From Asterias rubens (lineage: Eukaryota): DNA of 64,000 bases. Position numbers and translations under genes: made by a program. The stretch is from NCBI RefSeq assembly GCF_902459465.1, contig NC_047064.1, positions 6,758,001 through 6,822,000 of the forward strand, given 5' to 3'. The notes beneath the pieces are model-generated. The model was not told where the DNA came from. It saw only the letters and a list, made by a program, of their open reading frames with translations, and did not search any database. This document shows, in pieces, positions 1 through 11,218 of this stretch (positions are counted from its first letter, which is position 1; each line of letters starts with the position of its first letter).

Positions 1-271
1 TGGTGTCACAATGCAAATCACTTTGTTTGGACACTTTACCTTGGATTGGGTACTTTGGGCTATAAAAGTGTGTGTTGTGAAAATATGGTATTGTGTGGTA
101 AACCACTAACCTTAATCTCTCCAGTCTCCTGGTTTATTTTTTTTTTTTTTGGGGGGGGGAGGGAAAGCCAGTTTGGCACTGGGCACTAGAGTGCACCAAA
201 AGAAATTGGGCTTTAATTTATATTAAATCCTTGTCGGCCATTTTTCCTTGACCCGTGAATTTTATCTTTAG

Positions 272-319
272 GTTGCGAAGCACTTCGCGTTGGGGACAAC
301 AATGTGATCGAGGCGAAAG
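272..319 (+). CDS. DCTN6: Dynactin subunit 6 (p27), internal exon (xCEALRVGDNNVIEAK)
   Basis: Acceptor tttag at 267-271, donor GTAAG at 320. Translation matches the DCTN6 motif GDNNVIE.K. The phase-1 end joins the next exon (G+CT = Ala). Confidence 0.9.
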
Positions 320-363
320 GTAAGGTGGAATATAATAAATAACGAGACCGTATTTTGGCTCTC

Positions 364-737
364 TAACGACACTGGACACTATTGGTAATTGTCAAAGACC
401 AGTCTTTTCTCTTGGTTTATCTCAACATATGAATAAAATAACAAACCTGTGACAATTTGAGCTCAATTGGTCGTCGAAGGTGCGAGATAATAATGAAAGA
501 AAAACACCCTTGTCACTTGAAGTTGTGTGCTTTCAGATGCTTGATTTCTAGACCTCAAAATCTAATTCTGAGGTCTCAAAATAAAATTCATGGAAAATTA
601 CTACATTACTTCAGAGGGAGCCGTTTCTTACAATGTTTATACTATCAACGGCTCCCCATTACTCGTTACCAAGTAAGGTTTTATGCTAATAATTAGTTTG
701 AGTAATTACCAATACATGTAGTGTCCACTGCCTTTAA
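364..737. mobile_element. MITE family A (TTAA target, TTAAAGR ends; T2/Kolobok-like), in DCTN6 intron
   Basis: Ends gacactggacactattggtaatt ... gtgtccactgcctttaa. The body recurs about 15 times in the window. Confidence 0.85.
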
Positions 738-1065
738 CTATGCCTAGGTAAAATAATATGTATGCAGAGCTTTTGTTGAGTTATCAGACCACTTTATGTA
801 GTACCTTGTAAGGGTTTTATAAGGTGCTGTTGTGCAATCTGCACAACCAACCATTCCAGAAACATTTGGCAAACCCCCTCTCTTAATTCGATTCAATTTT
901 ATTTCCACAAACACATTTCCACAAATAATACAGAACTACATTGTAATGCCTGTAAGTATTAAATGCAAAATACAGAAAAAGAACAAACTAGGAGAAAGCA
1001 CGTGGAGGCAATGCCCAAAATAAACCAGGGCGTGTAGCGGCTTGCCTTTACATAACAAAATACAC

Positions 1066-1212
1066 AAGGGACATGTTGCCTTGGATTGGGCGAGTTTCTC
1101 TATGAAAAGCATTTGTAGTTAATTGTTACAAATTGAATATGGTTTATAGAAGGATGTTTATAATGATCCACACAAATATGCCCTGAAATTGCGTGGTTTT
1201 CCTTTTACTCTG
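1066..1212. mobile_element. One arm of foldback MITE family C, in DCTN6 intron
   Basis: gttgccttggat...atgatccacacaaat...aaattgcgtggttttcctttta matches an arm of the element at 32316-32707. Confidence 0.75.
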
Positions 1213-1253
1213 TAAATTATTTATTTATAGTTTAAGTTTCTTTCTACACACAG

Positions 1254-1396
1254 CTGTTGTTGGGCGTGAGATAGAGCTAAGCAGTGGATGTGTCATAGGC
1301 GCCTTCTGTCCAGTCACCAGTAACGAGACCTTGCCGGAGAACACGGTCATCTATGGTGAGAAGTGTGTCCGAAGGGTACAAGCTGAGCGGCCACAG
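1254..1396 (+). CDS. DCTN6: Dynactin subunit 6, penultimate exon ([48 protein letters not shown])
   Basis: Acceptor cacag at 1249-1253, donor GTGAG at 1397. Matches the DCTN6 beta-helix C-terminal part (VGR...SGC.IGA.C...[17 protein letters not shown]). Confidence 0.95.
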
Positions 1397-1429
1397 GTGA
1401 GGAGAATTAAAACTTGATCTTATTAGTTT

Positions 1430-1592
1430 TGGTTTTTCTGTTAACACTGTAAACTTAGTACTTTCCCGGGCTCTGTGAATAAAATCACAGGCATATTATT
1501 GGTGTGTGATTCAAACCCACACAACCTGTGCAAATTTAGAGCTGTGTCTTACCAACTAGACCACCAAGCTTGCCCAGTAGCTAGAGGCAAAG
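1430..1592 (-). mobile_element. Degenerate tRNA-derived SINE (family S1), in last DCTN6 intron
   Basis: Collinear similarity to 11972-12200, with a decayed B-box (gattcaaacc). Confidence 0.75.
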
Positions 1593-1630
1593 TAAAAAGA
1601 TTAAACTTTTATTTTTCTTCTCTCGAACAG

Positions 1631-1723
1631 GCTCAGACGCTCCAACTCGATTTCCTGATGAAAATCTTGCCAAACTACCACCATCTTAAGAAATCGACTC
1701 GACCAAAGAATCCGGAGAAGTGA
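1631..1723 (+). CDS. DCTN6: Dynactin subunit 6, terminal coding exon ([30 protein letters not shown])
   Basis: Polypyrimidine tract and aacag acceptor ending at 1630. [20 protein letters not shown] is the conserved DCTN6 C-terminus. TGA at 1721-1723. Confidence 0.95.
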   Translation, partial: AQTLQLDFLMKILPNYHHLKKSTRPKNPEK

Positions 1724-1976
1724 AAAGCCAAAAGAATAAGAGATCGTTGAGGAGTGTCGGGAGTACAGAAAGAGAGATTTAAAGGTGGACCACTCTTTGA
1801 AAACTTCCGTTCATGTTATTTATTTCGTTTGGAGTTCCTTTTGAATTTTATTTTTTTCTTGCATTTTCGCTTTTTCGTACGGAAATGTTGGTCATTTTTT
1901 TTCGCAGTGCATTATGGACAAGTTTACTTCTCTTTTGTCGCCATAAACTGTTTTGAAAGCTGAGGAAAAGTGAAAC

Positions 1977-2085
1977 GATCCACTATGTGTGGATGAAATG
2001 ATCCACCACGCGTGGATGTAAGATCCACTACGTGTGGATGAAAAGATCCACTACGAGTGGATGAATTAATCCACTCTGCGTCGAT
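1977..2085. repeat. About 23-bp tandem repeat of ATCCAC-N5-GTGGAT hairpin units, about 5 copies
   Basis: ATCCAC at 1978, 2001, 2023, 2046 and 2069. The first four are followed by GTGGAT. Confidence 0.85.
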
Positions 2086-2129
2086 CAATGTCTTGATTGA
2101 AGTACCATCAAATGCTTGAGGGCCGAGGA

Positions 2130-2590
2130 CATTTGTTTAGAATCCACTCTGTGCTGATGAACGCATTGATAATGCACAGTATTATACTTTGTGGATTAAT
2201 CCACTGTATGCTGATCAACTTGCACATCAACGAGATCTAGTAAATGGTTAATTAGCTGCTTGAATTGCTGAAGACGTGTGTTTAAATCCACTTTGTTCAG
2301 ATCGACATGCCGATTAGTGAGGACGAACTGATTACCGCGTTGATAATGCACGATAAATACTTGACATTTGTGGACTAATCCATAGTATGCAGATCAACAC
2401 GATTATCAACGCGCTCACAAACTAAAAACAGGCACCAAAATGAGAGCGGAGAAAGTATGTGTAGAATCCACATTGTGCTGATCAACATGCTGCTGAGTAA
2501 CCAACAATCTGATCTACGCGTTGATAATGCACTATAAATACTTGACTTACGTTGTGGATTAATCCACTGTGTGCTGATTGACACGATTAT
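2130..2590. repeat. Degenerate about 180-bp repeat, about 3 copies, with palindrome GTGGATTAATCCAC
   Basis: Palindrome at 2191-2204, 2370-2383 (degenerate) and 2554-2567. The block ttgataatgcac...atactt recurs. Confidence 0.75.
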
Positions 2591-3506
2591 TGCTATAAAT
2601 GCTTGTAGCTGTTTACATGTAGACCTGTTAAGGCTGTCACCGTGTCTTGTTTCAAGAAGACATGTTAAAGATAAATATGGAGTTAGTCAATGTATCATAA
2701 GCACCAGACTGTTAAACAGCAAAGATGTACGGCATGTAGTTTCTTTTAACGATGGTAAACAAAATTGTGCAATTAACCCAGATTTGGGCCTCATTCTGCT
2801 TGTGCTAAAAATATCTTTGGTGCATTAATTATGAGGGAACCTTTTTTTTTTTCTTCTTAAGTAGAGTGGTTTTCCTGCAAGTTGCAGTGGATCCATGATG
2901 ATCATGATGAACTTTCTTTTAAATGTAGACAAATTCATTCAGCAAATTGTTTTTTGTGTTCCCCTTGAAGCCAGCATCATTACAGTTAGGCGGGGGGACA
3001 TTTTACGCAGCAGACCCCCCAAAAAAATTCTCCCGTTGATATGTAAAGAAAAATTTATGTAATTGAAATGGGTTAATATGTAAAATACCTTGTCGAACAA
3101 TTGTGAGTTTTGGAAGGAAATGCTTGGTTTTCGCATGGGTTGTCACTAATTTTAAGGGTCAAGTGGGACTGAAATAATTATTTTGGAATTAGACAATTAG
3201 AAAACTGCGCATTGGCGGTGATGGGTTGCTTAGAGTATGGGAAAACGAAAACAAAAAATACAGCAGTGGGATTTATTGATTTTTTTTTAAAGAATAAAAT
3301 GGAAGAGTCAATTGACAGTCTAGTGTACTAGCTTTTAGAATAAAAAAATATTTCTTTAAAAAGAGCAAATATTAAAACAACCACTGAACCTGAAAGCTTT
3401 TATAATTTGTTGCTTTATAATTAGTTGTTTTACCCTAACTTTGTTCCAGTTTTGCAAGCAAACTAAACATCTTCAGTACACAAGGAACCAAAGACAATAA
3501 AAAAAC

Positions 3507-3725
3507 TTAAACGGAAGGTACACGTTAGCTAGAAGTCGTTTATTCTTATCTGAAAGCACACAATTTCGTCCAACAAGGGTGTTTTTTTCTTTCATCATTT
3601 TCTCGCAACTTCGATGACCAATTGAGCCCAAATTTTCACAGGCTTGTTATTGTATGGTTATGATGGGATACACCAAGTGAGAAGACTGGTCTTTGACAAT
3701 TACCAAACGTGTACCTTCCCTTTAA
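3507..3725. mobile_element. MITE family D (TTAA...GGAAGGTACACGTT TIR) with a family-A-like body
   Basis: ttaaacggaaggtacacgtt ... aacgtgtaccttccctttaa. The interior matches half of family A. Confidence 0.8.
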
Positions 3726-4155
3726 AGGTTGACAAGAACTAATCTATGACCATACCTTTAAGAGAGAATCGTGATTGTTTGAATCATGGTTAAACCACGC
3801 AACCCACTCTTGGGGGCCAAACATACCAGTCTTATCTAAGTCAAAACATTGACTTGTTTTGAGTAACTTTAGACTGAAAGAATTGGATTAACCTGGGTGG
3901 GGTGGGAAGGAGGTCAAAGGTTATGGGTATTATTCTTGTTAAATCTGATGATCATCTGTCGGTGAAGTATTGAAAAATAATCAATATATTGGATAGGAAA
4001 AACTATAAATAAATAGTAAACTTGCGGGTAAAACTTTGAGTAAATCTCTTTTGAAGGAGTGGTGGCTCTGAAAAGAGCCGGTTTGGTCTTGACATTTCGC
4101 ACAGTATACTCTGCTCGTCTTCAAGAGAATGCTGGACTACTGGTGGTGGTAGAGC

Positions 4156-4500
4156 TTAAAGACACTGGACACTCTTGGTTATTGTCAAAGACTGGTCAGT
4201 CTTCTCAATTGGTGTACTTCAACATATGCATGAAAAAACAAACATGTACAAATTTTAACTCAATAGGTCCTTGAAGTTGCGAGACGGTAATGAAAGAACA
4301 AAACACCTCAAAATCTAGTTCTGAGGTATCTAAATTAAATTTGTGGAAAATTACTTCTTTCTCGAAAACTATGTTACTTCAGAGGGAGCCGTTTCTCTCA
4401 ACGTTGTATACTATCGACATCTCTCCTTTGCTTGTTACCAAGTAAGTTTTAATACTACAAATTATTTTGAGCAATTACCAATAGTGTCCACTGCCTTTAA
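4156..4500. mobile_element. MITE family A
   Basis: ttaaagacactggacact ... aatagtgtccactgcctttaa, TTAA at both ends. Confidence 0.9.
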
Positions 4501-5273
4501 GTATCGCTGAACTCTGATGGGATGCACATTTGGGCGGGAAGGATCCAAACTGTTCTTGACCGGTGAAGTGTGTAATAAATCGAAGGATCTGTATCATTTT
4601 GCAAGTCACTGAATAATATTGTTGTCTTTGGGTAAGAGGCAGTAGAGGTAGGAACAATTTTTTAAGGCACTGGACACTACTGATTATTGTTAGCATAAAA
4701 AATTACTTGGCAACAAACAAAAAAGGGCTGTTGATAAACATTGTGAGAAACAGCTCACTCTGAAGTGACATAGTTTTTTAAAAAGAGTTAATTCCTCACT
4801 CAAATAATTTGAATCTGATAAAAGACTTTTAGCCTGAAGCTGTTTTTTAGACATTGAAAGCACACACAATTGTGCAAAAAAAGCTTTCATTGTGTTTAAT
4901 TGTAAGGTTAAAACAAATAATAAAATAAGAGTTGCTCAAACTGGGATATGATAAGAGCCTTTCCTCTCCCCCATCAAACCCCTCCATCATCTCCTTCAGC
5001 GGCTCTCTTTTTTCTCCCTTTTTTCAGGGGGATAACATGTCATGGTCATTTCACACAATCTTACATTAATAACTCTTTCTCAATAATCTAAGCCACACCC
5101 ACAAATGGGGTTACTCTCAGTGACCCACATTTTACAATCACGATGAAAACTCACGGGTAATGCACAATATTCTGAACACAGGAACTGTAGATTTGTCTTT
5201 TTCCTTTCAAGATGAATGCATTGCTCTTCCACCAAGTCAGTACCTTAATTTCAAGATATTTGTATCTTGCCTT

Positions 5274-5287
5274 GTTGCCATGGTAAC
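5274..5287. promoter_or_regulatory. RFX X-box GTTGCCATGGTAAC
   Basis: Near-perfect match to the X-box consensus GTTNCCATRGNAAC. Function untested. Confidence 0.5.
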
Positions 5288-6231
5288 TTCTCCATCCTTA
5301 ATGGGCCACTGCATCTGTTTTTTACGCATCGTACTCATACACAGTCAATAGAGCATGTAATTACTGAGAAAGTTTGGTGAGATGTGGTGTAACAGCAGTT
5401 GCAGCAAATATCAGAAAATAAAAGAAGATTTTTTAACCTTAAAGCTTACATGGTGGAAGTAACTTAATTGCACTCTACACATGATTGGTTTACAGTGGCA
5501 AGTGTTCATTAACTATTTCAGTGACAGCAGTTCTTGGGTTTTCCTTCATAAAGTGCAAATTTTTTATTTAAGGTATTCAAAATTCTGTGAAAACTAAAAT
5601 ATGAAACTCTTACTTACCAAACAGAAATGTATCTCGCTAATTTGTGTTGTCCTGTGTGAGGTTTTGAAGTAGAGCGTGTATGCTTCCTTGGGGGCTGCCA
5701 TTTTTTCAAAGTGTTTCATACAAAAACAAATGTCAGATGGAATTGTGTTTGAGTCCCACTCTCTAAAACCAGATTCCATTGAAGGGAGTTGGCTGCAGTA
5801 CTGTAAGTTTTAAATGTCATTATGGAGCATGGTGTTTAAAGAGTGAAGTGGTCTTGTTGACAAACTTGGCTGTGTTGAATCCTGGAAAAACTTTCTAGCA
5901 GCCGTGCCATGTATAGAGAGATTTACATGAGGAGTATCACCTTGTAATGGATGAGCTGTAATGGATGAGCTCATGAACCGGGAGCTAATGAAGTGTTTGT
6001 AAAAAAAAATTAAAGAGATGTGTGACATGTCTAGAAAAAAAATTTGAGAATTTGGTTTATAAAACTCAAAGTTGTGTTTTCATATATGCCAATGGCTGTT
6101 GTGCAGACAAACGGTGAGCTGGTTCTGAAGTTGAGTCCACATTAGATGAATTCAAGGATGCCAATCTTGAGCCAGAGATTTGTTTTGAGTCCTCCAGACT
6201 TGGGGTGAGCGGCTATAAAGTCATTTTCATA

Positions 6232-6552
6232 AAAAGGCACTGGACTCCTTTGGTTATTGTCAAAAACCAGTATTTTCACTTGAATGGTGTATCCAAACAA
6301 TATGCATAAATTAGGAAACCTGTGGAATTTTGACTCAATTGTTTGTCTAAGTTGCAAGAGATTAATGAAAGAAAACACCCTTGTCTCTAAATTTTTGAGT
6401 GAGAAATTAAACCTCTTTCTCAAATTCACTTTATTTCAGAGGGAGCCGTTTCTCACAATAGTTTATACTACCAACAGCTCTCCATTGCTTGTTACCAATT
6501 AAGGTTTTTATGCTAACAATTATTTTGAGCAATTTCATAAATAACCAATAGA
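6232..6552. mobile_element. MITE family A, degenerate
   Basis: aaaaggcactggactcctttggttattgtc start, family body, decayed right end. Confidence 0.8.
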
Positions 6553-6904
6553 TTCCAGTTCCTACCAGTCAAAGGGATTTATATGGTCCATGCCGAATGA
6601 ATATCAGAGTGCTTTTATTGAATAGCGCCCTCTTGTGGTGATTTTGTGAAGTTGCACACAAGGATTCCACTCATAGAATTGTCTGAGAAAAGATTTTGTC
6701 TACAGAATGTGTCTGTGGCTGTCAAAGGAGCTGACAGCGACTTGATATTTTTTTTGAAGGTTTAGGGGGTTTCCCAAATGTGTAACTTTTTGACATTGCC
6801 TTCTCTGTTTTTCCACAGAGATCGCCCTCTTTTGGTTTCACTAATATATTACTTGTTGTTATAATTACTACCTTGAAAGTCTTTTGTGTTTCTAACCTAT
6901 TGTG

Positions 6905-7288
6905 GGTAAAGGCCCCGGACATGTTTGGTAATTGTCAAAGACCAGTATTCTCACTGGGTGTATCCCAACGTGTGCATAAAATAATAAATCTGTGAACATT
7001 TGGACACAGTTGGTCATCAAAGATGCAATGAGAACAAAGAAAGAAAAAAAAAAACACCCTTGCTGCACAAATTTGTGTGTTTTCAGATGCCCAATAAAAG
7101 GCTTTGACCTGACGTCTTTTAATATTTGAGTTTGAAAATACCTCTTTCTCAAAAAACTATGTTACTTCGAAGGGAGCTGTTCTCACAATGTTTTATACTA
7201 CCCAACAACTATCTTTTACTTGTAACCAAGTAAGTTTTTATACTAACAATTATTTTGAGTAATTACCAAAAGTGTCCAGTGCCTTTAA
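6905..7288. mobile_element. MITE family A
   Basis: taaaggccccggacatgtttggtaattgtc ... aattaccaaaagtgtccagtgcctttaa. Confidence 0.85.
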
Positions 7289-7439
7289 ATCAGCCCCTCC
7301 CCACCCCCTTCCTTGTTCATCCCTTGACTTTCTGCCACTTTTTTTTTCATTTGAATCCACTTGACTTCTTCTGTGGCACCAATATTCCTAGGTGTGTTGT
7401 GTTGTCAGTTGTGTTTTCATTTGGCCTCTGAGAAAGAGT

Positions 7440-8327
7440 TAGTGTTGGTGCAAGGCGTTTCTTGTTTTACTTTCACGCACACCGCGGCCAATTCACCAAC
7501 AGCACCCGCACCGACTCACCTGACTTTGTCCACACAACGCCCCGCAACAGCGCTCGGACCGACTCACCTGACTTTGTCCACACAACGCCCCGCAACAGCG
7601 CTCGGACCGACTCACCTGACTTAGTCCACACAACGCCCCGCAACAGCGCTCGGACCGACTCACCTGACTTTGTCCACACAACGCCCCGCAACAGCGCTCG
7701 GACCGACTCACCTGACTTTGTCCACACAACGCCCCGCAACAGCGCTCGGACCGACTCACCTGACTTTGTCCACACAACGCCCCGCAACAGCGCTCGGACC
7801 GACTCACCTGACTTAGTCCACACAACGCCCCGCAACAGCGCTCGGACCGACTCACCTGACTTAGTCCACACAACGCCCCGCAACAGCGCTCGGACCGACT
7901 CACCTGACTTAGTCCACACAACGCCCCGCAACAGCGCTCGGACCGACTCACCTGACTTAGTCCACACAACGCCCCGCAACAGCGCTCGGACCGACTCACC
8001 TGACTTAGTCCACACAACGCCCCGCAACAGCGCTCGGACCGACTCACCTGACTTAGTCCACACAACGCCCCGCAACAGCGCTCGGACCGACTCACCTGAC
8101 TTAGTCCACACAACGCCCCGCAACAGCGCTCGGACCGACTCACCTGACTTAGTCCACACAACGCCCCGCAACAGCGCTCGGACCGACTCACCTGACTTAG
8201 TCCACACAACGCCCCGCAACAGCGCTCGGACCGACTCACCTGACTTAGTCCACACAACGCCCCGCTGTTGGTGAATTGGTTGCGGTGTGCGTGAAAGGAA
8301 AACAAGAAACGTCTTGCACCAAGACTA
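7440..8327. mobile_element. Non-autonomous TIR element (62-bp TIRs, probable TA TSD) enclosing a 48-bp tandem array
   Basis: 7442-7503 is the reverse complement of 8264-8325 with 5 mismatches. TA at 7440-7441 and 8326-8327. Confidence 0.9.
7510..8265. repeat. 48-bp minisatellite, 15 full copies plus 1 partial
   Basis: Unit accgactcacctgactt(t/a)gtccacacaacgccccgcaacagcgctcgg starts at 7510, 7558 ... 8230. Only one variable site seen. Confidence 0.97.
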
Positions 8328-10514
8328 AGAAAGACTCTGGTAGGCTAGGGTGGAAATGTCAGACCATTAAAGGGTTTAAGTTCCTTTTGAAGATCAATTT
8401 TTTTTGCCATGACAATGACATAAATCCCTGTGAACGAGGATGTATGTAAAATAATTTACCTGTAGACTAATCAGCTTCATTGGTCGCCAAGGTTTTAAAA
8501 AAAAAAGTGAGAATAATCACAGAGCAATGTTTTCAAAAGAGTCGTGTAAATCAATTGAACATCCTTACATAATTTTCATAGATTTGTAGAGTCGACATTG
8601 CTCTGTTCCATTCTCATTCGTATAATAGCTGCACTATATATAAGGATGCAAGGAAGGAAGATGCCTGAAGGGTTTGTCTAGTCAACACTGTAAGGTCAAA
8701 TTGGCCTCTCAAGATAACCCCCCCCCCCCCCCAAATGGAAGTAAAATCAAAAGTTGTGTGCATGTGTCAATCAGGGATGTGATTTCTACATTTGTTACCC
8801 TACCCCCCCCCCCATGAAAAAAAAGAAATAAAGAAAGAAGGGGGGGAAAAAGGAGAACAAAAAAATTGTCAAGATCTTTAAATGTTGTTATAATTAAGAT
8901 TAAACTAACAAACTTGAAGATAAATCCATAGAAAGCCCAAGATTAAAGAGTAGGGCTTTTAAAACCAAAGATACAAGGCTTCACACTTTGCGCTCATGGT
9001 TCAGGTTATTATGTCAACAGCCTATCACAACCCTGATTATATGCATTGTTCATAGTACACCTTCCTGCCCAACACATCATTCATGGGAATGAGTTTTCAC
9101 TCCTCACTCCTCGACTCCCCACGCCATTTATGTATCTCACCCGCTGTCTTTATCGTGACAATATCAAGATTCAAAACTGCTTGAGTTTTTATAATTTCCC
9201 CTGAAGTTGCACATCACCTGTGACACTAGCCTTGTGTGACAAGTTGTTAATTGTTTGTCGCGATGATAGCGTAACAGCTCTCACGCGACTATACACTCAT
9301 GAGCAGCAAGGCTGACTGTTCTCTGCTGTTCTTGCAAGACTCCTGTTTTCTTGATACTGTTGCTCCTGAGGTCAGACTTTTACTCTTGAGAGTAAGGTCG
9401 TACGTCCAAAACAGCGGCTTCGTCTACAGCTGCAGCTAGATCACGCTTGTTTGCCTATTCTTCAACACTGGCAGCCGCGCTGATCTAGCCAAAGCTGTAG
9501 CCGAAGTCGCTGCTTCGGACACAGTCTTGGGCTAGTCAAGGAGGGGGAGCTATCATCTTGTCAAACATTTTGTCCACAAAGTAGCTCTGACACCGGTTTT
9601 GTTGTTTGTGTTTGAAAAAAAAACAGACCATTGGAATGAACAACTACCAACTGATATCTGAAAATGTAGTGTGTTTTGGTTTTTTGTTTTGTGCGTCTTG
9701 TTTTCACAAATTGTGAATTTTGTCCAGAGATTAGTTGCATTTTTACTTTCTACAGCTATTTTATTTGTTTTGTGATTTGACAAATTTCAACAATATAATC
9801 TGTTTGTTTTGGGATTGGGTATTTCACAATTTATTCAACATCTATTTTTAGTTTTGGGAAAAGGAACAGACTGTTAGATGATTTTTTTTTAGTTTGAATT
9901 CAAAAACAATATCGTGTTTCCGATTCTCGATTCAATGTTTAAAAAACAAAAAACATGAAATGCTCTATCAAGTTTCTAGAACTCCAAGAAGTTTAATACA
10001 GGTCACAGATAACGCTGCAGGGCGAAGAGAAAAATTGTTGTGTTCCACAAATATTTGGACTCCACTTGTTTTGTCTAAATGTTAGCAACTGGAGCACAAT
10101 TGTTTTGACAAATTCTATGACCTGGGGACTGGGGAGTTTATTTAACTTCTTATCATTTGTTTTTTAAATAAGATTTTTGTGTCCCTGGTAAGAGAGAAGT
10201 GGGGGGGGGGAGGGGATGATCCAGTTTTAGATGTTAAATTCCAAGTTTTTAGATGTCTATTTTTTTAAAGTGTACTTTAGCTGGTTTTCAATGAACACCC
10301 TTACACCCAAGAAATTAGTGCATAGATTTACAGGCAAGATTCTTTCTACTTTAATCTGATTTCTGTTTTTCTTTGATTGTTTTTTTTCCCCCTTTAGATA
10401 AAACAGCCAAATTGTTATGAATTAGCCTGGAAAGTATTTAAAGACCTGTGCGAGGTGTACATGTACATGTAGGTTATTACTCTATAAACGTGTCCTACTT
10501 TTTCCCAAGGACCA

Positions 10515-10635
10515 GGTTATTGTTACTGAGGTGGGATCCGATTCGGACACCTTTGCAATTTTAGAGCAGTTTCTTTAGACCACCGAGATTGCCTGGTAGG
10601 TAGCTATAGAGGCAGTTCGAATCCTATGTTTCAAA
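10515..10635 (-). mobile_element. SINE S1 fragment
   Basis: gcaattttagagcag...gtagctatagaggcagttcgaatcctatgtt matches 12090-12170. Confidence 0.75.
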
Positions 10636-10959
10636 AATGGTTACACACCTATGCTCACAGTTTCTATTTTTGACATCCCAGTGGAGACATCTTTTGTTCT
10701 TTCCTCTGTCCATTTAGTTTTGGGAACCTCATGTAGTCTTTGTATGCAATAGCCCTTGTGGAGCACCCTCGTCCTTAGATTTGTGACTATGGTGACCTTT
10801 TCCTGTTTCTTATTTGTGCTTGGTCTCAGTAAAGTTATGAAATTAAATCACGCACAGGCCTGGAAATTCATCTTTGAGAGGGATGGCAAGCCTTTTTTAT
10901 TTTGAATTATTATGGCACTTCTTTAAAGTCTATAGGAAACTTTTTTTTGTTTTGACATA

Positions 10960-11218
10960 GGTCCGACACACTTGTGTTTTGACACACTTGTGTTCTGACA
11001 CATCTCTTTTCTGACACACCTCTTTTCTGACACCCCTACTCTATGCTCCAACATTCCTATGCTCTGATATTCCTATGTTGTGACATTCCTATGTTCCGAC
11101 ACACATGTTTTGACACACGTTTGTTCTGACACTCCTATGTTTAGACACACCTAGATGTACACCCCTGATGTACTTTCCGTATCCTAACTCTAGCCCTTAC
11201 CCCCAACTCTAACCTAGT
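10960..11218. repeat. Degenerate about 16-bp tandem repeat (ctgacac..tatgtt) followed by a CCCTAA-like tract
   Basis: Recurrent gacacac/gacattcctatg units, then cctaactctagcccttacccccaactctaacc. Confidence 0.7.

Larger units (their letters stand above)
1724..3344 (+). other. DCTN6: Probable DCTN6 3' UTR (end uncertain)
   Basis: Follows the stop codon. AATAAA signals seen at 3293-3298 and 3339-3344; cleavage could be earlier. Confidence 0.4.

Noticed and set aside
1-271. Upstream DCTN6 exon
   Set aside because: No DCTN6-like translation was found. The earlier exons must lie before the window.
7510-8265. CRISPR-like array
   Set aside because: There are no unique spacers and no cas genes, the context is eukaryotic, and it is a plain tandem repeat.
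7462-8305. 260-270 aa ORFs in three frames
   Set aside because: They are a by-product of a 48-bp (in-frame) GC-rich unit lacking stops, inside a TIR element. The listed ORFs overlap on both strands and have no recognisable domain.
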